Shown here piece by piece: positions 11,769-20,000 of a stretch of 20,000 nt of DNA (positions are counted from its first letter, which is position 1; each line of letters starts with the position of its first letter). Source of the DNA: Toensbergia leucococca (lineage: Eukaryota); NCBI GenBank assembly GCA_022813965.1, contig JALDZS010000104.1:58756-78755 (forward strand), written 5' to 3'. The notes under the pieces were generated by a model. It did no database searches. It saw only the letters and a list, made by a program, of their open reading frames with translations, and was not told where the DNA came from. The translations under genes were made by a program, and so were the position numbers.

Positions 11769-12029
11769 AAATTAATATACTAGAGACTTGATGTTTAAAG
11801 AACGTATGATGCTATGCAAAGGAGCAAATGATCTTGCACACGTTGACAATATAAGCTGTTGCTATCAACTGTTATGAGCATGAGATTGTAGTGATAAAAG
11901 ATAGTCTTTTTCTAAGAAAGTGAGTGGCCTTATAGACCCTCACTAGCGCTAGTGTTCTGAAGTATCTAAAACACCTAACTATATGCAGCTAGTATTAAAG
12001 TGAGATAAAAAGAAGCAATGACAATAAGA

Positions 12030-12246
12030 TGTTACAGTTCACTCTAACATCCTAGCTTACACACAGACTAAGGTTAACACAAGAGCTAGAAGTTAACATG
12101 TGAGGTTATTAAATATTATGACTGTTACCTGATAATACCCTGCAAAATACTTATAGCGCGTTCCTCTTCTGTACTTTTAGATCTTTAACCTTTAGTGTTC
12201 TATTTAATAGTACCCCTATGACTAGACTATAGGCCTGACTGTAACA
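12030..12246 (+). repeat. 5' LTR of element B (217 bp)
   Basis: TGTTAC...GTAACA; reverse-complement homologue of the A LTRs; followed by TT and the PBS ACACTAAAGGT (12249-12259). Confidence 0.95.
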
Positions 12247-12576
12247 TTACACTAAAGGTCTATATCAAATGTTCTATCAGCTTGTCTTTATATAAGTCTA
12301 ATAACCTTAGATATTCTCATCTCACCTTGTCTTTATACAAGTGTGATAAAACTATTCTTAAACACTTTTTTATCAAGACTTTTAACACATTACATGTCAC
12401 ATTCTATGCATAAGACATTACAACACAACAATACAACAACATTCAATAACATCTTAACACTGTTTAACACCTTAAGTGTCATCACAACAAATGTTTACCT
12501 TCTATCACAACAAACCTTCTCAATATTCATCAACTCTTTCTCTCTTTTATAATCATTACTCTATCTCTTTTTAATT

Positions 12577-14040
12577 ATGAACAATTCTTTTAAAGTAGAG
12601 ACTTCTAACAGCTAATCTCTCTCTAAACATTTGACACAGCTTATATCTTAACTTGACTCTAATCTTCTCTCATCTAATGCATCACTTATTAAGTCATCTT
12701 TTAAAGGCAATAAAGATAAAGATTTAGTAGTATTCAATCTAAAAGACATCTTTACTTTTACATAACTACAGAACTTTCTAAATTAGTAGCTGCAAGCCTG
12801 CTTGAATTACCTCTGACGTCTTAAAGAACAATGAGATGAACTTTTTCTCATGACAGAAAAGCTGATAAAAGCGCAACAGCAATAAGATTATCTTGCGCAG
12901 CAGGTAATAGACCTTAACTGTGCTAACCTTAGAGATTCAGAGACAGAGGTTTCTTTGAATCAGATGCTTAAAACGCATATCAAGCTTGATGAAAAGATTA
13001 TAAAGGTAAAGGACTGTCACACTGAGATCTGTCAGCTCAAACTAAAGCTATCTGCTGCCTTAACAAAGAAACAACTGCAGACTTTATTACTGAATTTATC
13101 TACAGACTTCTACAATCCCTCTCTCTAAACTCCGCGCCTGTCTGAAAAGATTTCAGATTCTAAGAAGCTATCTGATGAAAAGAGTTCTATATTTAAGGCA
13201 TGACAGCTGCAGATGAAGCTTAAGCTGACTGATAATTAAGATTAATATTCTATTACACAGAAACAGAAGACCCTAGTCATATGTTCTCTCAAAAGTGATG
13301 CTCTCAATTGTTGTCTATTTAGATCACTGTTTACTGTCATTAATTCTTTCTCATCTGTGACAGACATTATTAAGTATTTAGTGACTATTTACAGTAATCT
13401 TAACAAGATTCAGAACGCTCACTGAGATTTTAATAAACTACAGCAGATAAACAATGAGCCTTTTAATCAGTTCTATGCAATCTTTTTTCTTCTAATCTTA
13501 TCATTAGACATCAATGAGATTACTCTCATTATCTATTTAAAGAAGAAAGTCAACCCTTAGTTACAGGCAGTTCTAGTTATTACCTTATCTGACTTTATTA
13601 ATCTCTCAGAACTGCAGAGCTACCTGCAAAAGGTAGATAAAAAACAGAGACACAACTAAACATTGCATAAAGCTACCTCTCTTCTCTCTGTGAAACTCAT
13701 CTACAAGGTCTTTACTTTTACCTCTTAGGCCTTGATAACTCACAGCGCTCATCTGAAGAAGTCAGTAATTATCTTAACTAGCAAGCTTGTAGTCACTCAT
13801 GCTCTCACCTTCTCACAGAGAGGACCCTTCTGAATTATGCCTACAGATGTGAAAGACTTTCTGCGCATCCTTAGAACCTACTGCAACTATGACAAGCTCA
13901 GTTACTTTGCTCAGAACTGTACAGAGCCTAAGAAAGTCAGTCTTAGAGATTATATTCAAGAGATTTCTAACATTAATAAGAATAAAGATAAAAAAGAGAC
14001 TGAAGAGAAGGTTAAAAAGACTTTAGAGATGAAAAACTAA
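12577..14040 (+). pseudogene. gag: Element B gag
   Basis: The ATG at 12577 is in frame with the TAA ending at 14040 (488 codons, internal stops); decayed knuckle YCNYDKLSYFAQNC in ORF 13837..14040. Confidence 0.9.
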
Positions 14041-14471
14041 AGCCCTTCATCAAAGATGTGATAAAAGAAGAGTTATTAATTGCTTCTTTGAATTCTAATT
14101 AGGATCCTTATGCACTCAAGCCTTTTATTACAGCATGCACTCTGTTTATAATCAACATTAATTGCAAAATACAAGCTTTAATTAATACTGATGCTCATAA
14201 CTATGCTTTTATTGATTCTATTGCCGCGTATTCCCTTTGTAAACTCTTCTTAATCTTACCTATTCTGTTAATCAAGCTTAAACTCATCTAAGGGTTTAAT
14301 GAGAAACACAGCATATCTATTACGCATCAGATTTTAATAGGCCTGCAGGTGACAGATCACTTTAAACTGTCCTGCTTATTGTTAATCATTACATTAAGTT
14401 AACATGACATTATTTTAGAAAAGATCTGAATGAATTATTATAGAATATTGCTGAACATAAGTGCTGATAAG
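14036..14471 (+). pseudogene. pol: Element B truncated pol (protease only), in the -1 frame relative to gag
   Basis: KLKPFIKD...QALINTDAHNYAFIDS...HDIILEKI; ends abruptly at the LTR. Confidence 0.9.
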
Positions 14472-14707
14472 TGTTATGATTTACTCTAGCATCCTAGTTT
14501 TTGCCCTAGCATTCTAGCGTACACACAGATCAAGGTTAATACAAGAGCTAGAAGTTGACATGCAGGGTTGTTAAATGTTACAGCTATTACTCAGTGACAC
14601 CCTACTAAATACTTATAGCGCGTTCTCCCTCTGTACTTTTAGATCTTTATCTTTAGTATTCTACTCAATAGTACTTCTATGACTAGACTCTAGACCTGAC
14701 TGTGGCA
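14472..14707 (+). repeat. 3' LTR of element B (236-bp variant with about 20 extra bp)
   Basis: TGTTAT...GTGGCA, with a duplicated CTAGCATYCTAG near its 5' end; no PPT in front of it. Confidence 0.93.
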
Positions 14708-14752
14708 TAAGAAGACAATAAGACTAGTTCTAGTAAGCTGATTTTATAACAT

Positions 14753-15260
14753 AATCACTACTACACAGATAATATTTAATGTATAAGGCAAGATATTACT
14801 TAAAAGCTTATACAAAAGGCTGTAAAAGAGACAGTGATTGACTGAAATAAAAAAATCCACGCAAGTAACACAACTCTAAATTCTAATAAGTTACTTGCGT
14901 CATTGCAAAAGAGAGTAATCATGAATATAAATAAACAGACTGACTTAAAAGCGCTGACAGGTTTAAACACCTACTATAAGGTAGAAACATCATCTTATAT
15001 TCACTTATAGTTTTAATATATGCTTATTTTCTATTTAGATTGTCATAAAAACATTTATAGACAATGTATGTAGATAGGTTATTGAATGTTATATCTTAAG
15101 TAATTTATCAAATATCTTTTCTTCAAATATTATCACTATCTGTTTAGATAAAGATTTTTATTGAATAGCTTCTGAGTTATTAGTAAGAATTAAGATAAGA
15201 AAGGCAAAGAAAGCTTTAACAAAGGAGTTAAGAGACAGTCTGAGGGAGCTTTATAGGTAG
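14753..15260 (+). pseudogene. 3' end of a fungal Mx-like dynamin-family GTPase gene (end of stalk plus GED), two exons
   Basis: Exon 14753-14980: NHYYTDNI*CIRQD...D*NKKIHASNT...KLLASLQKRVIMNINKQTDLKALTGLNTYYK. 58-bp GT..AG intron at 14981-15038. Exon 15039-15260: IVIKTFIDNVCR*VIECYILSNLSNIFS...IASE...LRDSLRELYR*. Matches the motifs I recall for fungal dynamin-like proteins (TYNHYYTDN; AL..L.AYYKVA.K.FVDNV..QVIERH). Contains stops and one frameshift. Confidence 0.85.
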
Positions 15261-16440
15261 CTTAAAGCATTTAGTAAAGTAATAATATAAAATCATAAGA
15301 ACATAGTTATTAACTCTCTTATAAATAATATTATTCAATTCTAACTAATTTAAAGACTATGTATATAATAGAAAAAGATAAACCTCACAGATATTTATTA
15401 CATTAAATCAATTAACAAAACTCTAATTGTAATTACTATTAACTTCTGCAAAGAAGATTTTATTTATTTTAAGTCAACAATCTCAGGCAGTTAGGTTTGC
15501 TGCTTGCCTCTAGATTTTAGCAAGTGAAACAAAAGTCTTATATATTATCTTCCCTAGCTATCTTAACGTCTCTTTCAGCTATATAATATGCTAATTTGTG
15601 AATTTACATGCAGAGAAGTAACTACATTGCTTATATATTAATTCTTTTTAGTTTTACCTAAAGAAGTTTAATTTAAAATATAGCTAGTGTAGCTAGTATA
15701 GCTAATAACTCTTAATTTAAGACTTTCTGACATATAGCATGTGTTAGTAAAGGTTGAGTGAAGTTAAAACTAAAGTTATAAAGGTTATAGAATGAGTCAC
15801 TTAATAGTTTATTTTTGACCTTGCAATTCTTAGACTTTATATGTGCAGATGTGTATGAGACATTTTTTGTATACTTTATTAATATTGCTCTGACTACTCT
15901 GACATACATATTTAGTATTTGCATAAGAGTCATGATAATTTTAATACAGTGATTAATGGATTACATTAATAATAACTCTTTTATTAATAGAAGTAAGACA
16001 GAAGAGAAACTCACCTCTGTAAAGTCTAGTCAGGTAAGAAGCTTAGTCTATCAGTCAGCAATTAGCACTATCTTACTAAGTGAGTTTAAACTAAAACTTT
16101 ATATATAATTCTAATAAACTCTTAGTTGCTATTCTTACAACTCTAAACAAAACTGCATAAGATTTTAAAAACATTTTATCAATATAAGTGCTAAATATGT
16201 AAGATCTAACAAATTATATATAATCTCTGTTAGAGACTTGTTAATCTTCTTTGAATGTTTGTGTTATTGCAACAGAGTTGTAATGCTCTCTGTATGCTAC
16301 TTATTATGTTTTAATTACAGACTATGCACTATAAATATTATATACAGAAAGGCACAAAACTACATAAAAATATAAAGAGCTAAATAATAACAAATGTGCA
16401 GGGCTTAATATAAGTTGCAGAGCTTAAATAAATCTTAAAG

Positions 16441-16592
16441 TGTCACGGTTCTATCTTAGGTTAGCGTCCCCGGGCCCGGATCATCGATTGTTCCGGCCCC
16501 ACACACTAGATATTTGCAATCCTAGCACGTAAAGCGCGAGCAAGGAGACAACATAGCAAGGGGATCACCAACTATCATTTTGAACACTTATA
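16441..16592. mobile_element. Probable solo LTR (152 bp) of another family, largely unmutated
   Basis: Starts TGTCACGG, ends CTTATA (likely from CTTACA), flanked by TAAAG (16436-16440 / 16593-16597); contains 9 CpGs in a CpG-poor region. Confidence 0.75.
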
Positions 16593-16886
16593 TAAAGTCT
16601 TCTCTTTTGCTTCTCTCTTTCTCTTATTGCCTCATTTACCTGCTAAAACCTTTTACAAATAGATTATAGTAAGCTTTACAAGTTAAGGAAATTAATGCAG
16701 CTGTTTAAAAAGTATATTGAATCTCTATATAGATATAATTACTTACACCTCATTATATTTGATATACAGTTGTGCGCTGATGAATTTTTTACAACAGGTA
16801 TAAAAATAATATAAAACAGCGCTGCTAATCTTACTCTCTGTATTAGTAGTATTACAATCTCTTATCATTAGAAAAAAGATGCAGAA

Positions 16887-17530
16887 AGATTCATAAATAA
16901 TATGCACTGTTAGGATCAGGTCTAGAGTCTAGTCATGAGAGTATGATTAATAAGAAGACTATGACTAAGAAAGGTAAGTATTTAGGTGATAAGTGTTTAC
17001 ATACAAATACCCTCAAGTAATAGTGTTAGGCTCAATGTGACTAGGCATGTGTCAATGCCCTTAGGTTAGTATTAAGGCTTAGTAAGTTAGCTCAGTCATA
17101 ACATGCACTTACTTTCTAAAGAGATCATAAACAAGATTTATCATTTGTGTGTGATTAATATATCAAATCTATTGATTTCTTTTGCTAAGGATTATAATAT
17201 AGAATCTGCCTTACTTTATATCTATTAAACAATTTACAATGAAGTCAACTACTTTTATTATTCTAATACAACACTTATATTTATTAACTTGTATTATTTT
17301 TATTACTTTCTTGAATTGCGCTCTTTATTCATCTAAAATTCAATCTAAAGTATTAGTTTTTAATATTATTACTCTGTCTAAATATATGATGCACTAGAGC
17401 TTCTATTCTTTTATTATGAGTTTAGACATCTACACATTCACAGGGTCAGTCATATGAATCTGAATTCTCTAAGAGTCTAATTACTGTAAAGAATACAGGG
17501 AATACAGAGACTAAAGTTTTTAGGTTAAAG
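16887..17530 (+). pseudogene. Mutated fungal hypothetical gene of the F-box-like 'LP.EI...IY / ALL..CR.IY.EA...Y' type, interrupted by the solo LTR
   Basis: Removing the LTR and one TSD gives RFINNMHLLSKEIINKIYHLCV...ESALLYIY*TIYNEVNYFYYSNTTLIF...FLELRSLFI*NSI*SISF. Possible upstream intron at 16798-16846 with a GCTAAT branch site. Ends are approximate. Confidence 0.6.
16908..17103 (-). mobile_element. Solo LTR (196 bp), distantly related to the A/B LTR
   Basis: TGTTAG...ATAACA with perfect TSD TGCAC (16903-16907 / 17104-17108). It shares GATCAGGTCTAGAGTCTAGTCAT with the U5 end of the A LTRs, which sets the orientation. Confidence 0.92.
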
Positions 17531-18164
17531 ATAATACATTAGCTTAATGTAGAAGACAGTGTTGTAAAAAGTAATAAAGTGAAAGAGAAGTTCTTTTATA
17601 TTAAAAGTATAAACTCAAGAAGACAGAAAACATCATTAAAAATATAGTCAGAAGCTCAAAATAAGTCAGTAAAGAATTAAGATGATTGATTTACAGCCTC
17701 AAGAAATGCATTAATCTTTATATTTAGAAATTTATCTTTACTTAGCTTATAATATTTCTAGAAACAGCATGACTACTTTTAGCAGCTGCCTTTTTTATAA
17801 CTCTATTTATTTTCTCTGCATCTTTGTTAACTTAAAGGATTCACTCATATTTACTATTAACCTTAATGTCTTTATTGAGCTGAAAATTCTTTAAAAATCT
17901 TGTGAGTGTCTGTCTAAAATAATTACATTATCTTTAAAAAGCACTAGTAACTTTCTTGATAACTTTGACTTAAAGCACATCTTATTACCTAATGTTACCT
18001 TGTATCTAAATATAAATCAAGTGTTACAGAAGCTTTTACAGTCTGCAAAATATAAATATAAAATAATAAGTAACTGTTATATAACATAGAAATGTATTAG
18101 ACTATTAAGTAAGACCGCAACAGATTCAGAATAAGGAAATAAACTGAACTAATCAGACTAAAAG

Positions 18165-18670
18165 GTATGACATAATTTTTTTCCTTGTTTCTTCTTTAAC
18201 ATTACACTTAATGTTCTTTTATCAGTTAATGCAATTAATAAATCAGTAGAGTAGCCTGAAGTAGAAAACTGTTCAAGGTATCTTCACTGATTATTAGAAA
18301 GAATACAGAAGATGTAAGAAAGCTTCTATGTAATCAGTGATATTGAGAATAAATAAGTTTAAGGGTTAAACTCTGAGAATTTCTAAGAATTATTGATTAT
18401 TTTCAGTAAATCTAAAGCAGTGAGTGACTGAGCTTACTTAATTACTTGCTTAATCTTAGCATTATTTAACCTTGTGAGAATGTGCATAATAAGAAAGCGC
18501 ACCGCAGATCAGTCAATGTTAAGAGTAAATGCAAGAGTAATAAAGGATGCACTATTCTAACATGTCTCAATGTATGAAAGAAGGTATGTTGCTTTAAATG
18601 TAGTATATTGCCTTAATTTTAGAGCCCTGCGTTTTACTTTTGTGTCTCTCACTTCTGAGATGACAGGGTT
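18165..18670 (+). pseudogene. Possible relic of a spliced gene of unknown function
   Basis: GTATGA...pyrimidine-rich...TTATCAG intron-like segment (18165-18225), an exon-like stretch of about 360 bp with transition-type stops, then a second GTATGT donor at 18584. No family recognised. Confidence 0.3.
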
Positions 18671-19005
18671 CATGTTAAATCACTGTATCTCTTAATTTAT
18701 AGTATATGAGGTCAAAAAATTAAGTGATCAGAATAGTCACTGTATCACAGTGCAGTCTTGACATACCTTATCAAATTGATTCAAACATTGAATTATTATG
18801 ATATTTGAATAGATCTTCTATCTATGAAGATTGTTACCTCCTTTAGCTGTTACTATCTATCCGATCATCTACTCTTGATTCTCTATAAGTGAGTTAATGT
18901 CTTTCTCAATATCTAGTGTATTCTACTCACTCAACTAAGCTGCATGCAATTCAGTGAGTTTTAGGGAAGATTTTTGAATATTTCTGACATATGTAACAAC
19001 CTTAC

Positions 19006-20000
19006 TGGTAGAAGGACTAACTTCAGGCTCAAGGCCCCATCCTTGACCTTGTATTATGAGTATAAGGTGGATTGATAAAAGAAAATGGGTAAAAAGTCGT
19101 GCTGCAATGATTTAGAAGTTCGTACGTTCACTCAAATCCCTACGGTGGCCATTCCGATCACTTAATTTTTTGACCTCGTATACGGGTGAAATAGTAGTGA
19201 AACTGAAAGGGAATGAAGTTTCCTCCACTTCTTAATTCATACGACATTTGCTCATCTCTGTAAGGAGTTTTAGGTGATGGGATTCAATTCAGTCAGGGAG
19301 AAAGTAGGAGCGGACTTGAAAATTACAAACACGTCTACATCAAGCTTGAAGACATTAATGAGAAAACAACAAGCCTTCAAGTACGGCGTCATATCAACTG
19401 TGGCCGCTTTTCATCACCGCTACCTCCAGACGGAGGAATTGAGACTGGGGATGAGTCGGACAACAGCATCTATATACCTTCCAAACCGTATCACGCCTCA
19501 ACTCCCCGACCTGCCTCTTCCCACTCAACCGGCCTTGAGAGAGATATAAGTGATAATGGTAAGAGATAATTCACAGGAGGATAATCTCGGATAGCTGTCA
19601 TCTACGAGCAACAGAGATGGGAAGAACAGATAATCGACCAAAAAGGATGTAAAGCAAAGGCGCGGGAGGCCTCGCAAGCGATACTTCGTGTAAAGATGCG
19701 TCGGAATTTTGGGTTCATGGGATACAACGAATGGTGTTCTGCCAGGTCCACATGGTTTAGAAGGAGTGCAAGGAATGCAAGGCGTTCAGGATGCAGGGAA
19801 GGCAGGGACTGTGAGAAACCCAGGGCCCGCGAGGACGCCAAGAATTCCTCTCAAGCTGGCAGAAGTCTTGAGGTGGAGGAAAGATTTGATTTCATTATTG
19901 TTCTCACGCCCAACTACTTTTCGCTACATTTCCACCTAACATTAGTAATGAAATCGGGACTCTAATAGACGATTCTCCCTCCACCACTTGAAGGGCCACC
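19006..20000. other. Unmutated DNA of ordinary composition, probably single-copy; no recognisable gene
   Basis: CpG, CCA and TGG become frequent from 19006 onward; only short overlapping ORFs without recognisable homology. Confidence 0.75.

Larger units (their letters stand above)
12030..14707 (+). mobile_element. Element B: internally deleted copy of the element A family (LTR-gag-protease-LTR, 2678 bp)
   Basis: LTRs at 12030-12246 and 14472-14707, perfect TSD TAAGA (12025-12029 / 14708-14712). The gag-protease part matches A with a constant coordinate sum of 21681 up to 14471 (equivalent to A 7210). Confidence 0.95.
1595..14751 (-). mobile_element. Element C: host Ty3/Gypsy retrotransposon (5' LTR, leader, gag, protease) interrupted by four insertions; the rest of pol should lie left of element D
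   Basis: The gag reading resumes across the solo LTR at 10231 (...TVSHKE|S*EYAQKVL) and across element A (QP|YS*P**AYQAYVKD), and continues to the protease at about 1953-2330. LTR-like ends at 11870 and 14751. Confidence 0.8.
11870..14751 (-). repeat. Probable 5' LTR of element C (about 200 bp: 11870-12029 plus 14713-14751), split by element B
   Basis: Terminal inverted repeat TGTTATGA...TTATAACA. A PBS-like TGATAGCAACA lies 2 nt inside on the minus strand, and dynamin coding sequence begins right after 14751. The partner LTR is not in the window. Confidence 0.65.

Noticed and set aside
9587..12029. Inversion of the spacer between inverted elements A and B
   Set aside because: Element C gag stays colinear with its protease and both TSD pairs match, so there is no net inversion.
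12343..12552. 69-aa ORF upstream of element B gag
   Set aside because: It is low-complexity ACA-rich leader sequence, and the A copy differs by an indel here.
2757..14712. TAAG target preference of family A/B (GTAAG, TAAGA, ATAAG)
   Set aside because: Only three sites, offsets and orientations differ, one derives from ATGAG, and TAAG is enriched by the mutation process.
1..19005. TGA read as Trp (mitochondrial or mycoplasma code)
   Set aside because: TAA/TAG stops and decayed catalytic motifs (YLND, DTD) co-occur, so the TGAs are mutations in nuclear pseudogenes.
19274..19965. Four short ORFs, an AT-hook-like RRGRPRKR near 19660-19682 and a collagen-like GxxGxx stretch
   Set aside because: The motifs are bounded by stops in overlapping frames and no coherent gene model or known family emerges; transcript or homology evidence is needed.

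Overview
This is eukaryotic DNA, almost certainly from a filamentous ascomycete. About 19 kb of AT-rich sequence saturated with C>T/G>A transitions (RIP-like) switches abruptly at about 19,005 to DNA of ordinary composition. Bases 1-14,751 are a nest of dead Ty3/Gypsy LTR retrotransposons. The host is element C (minus strand; 5' LTR 11,870-14,751; gag-protease running left to 1,595). It carries four insertions: a full-length chromovirus (element A, 2,762-9,586, minus), an internally deleted copy of the same family (element B, 12,030-14,707, plus), a solo LTR (10,231-10,394) and the 3' part of a further element (D, 1-1,594). The nest appears to sit inside an Mx-like dynamin GTPase gene whose mutated 3' end lies at 14,753-15,260. 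Further right are two more solo LTRs and at least one more mutated cellular gene. I can support no intact protein-coding gene. Main observations: (1) an exact 11-nt LTR/PBS complementarity indicating Tf1-type self-priming in family A/B; (2) a mutation spectrum that removes CCA/TGG and CpG rather than only CpA; (3) probable gene-conversion tracts between the inverted copies A and B; (4) a sharp end of the mutated domain at a TTAC(N7)A motif, possibly the boundary of a dead giant element (Starship-like, speculative). All alignments and translations were done by eye and no database searches were run.
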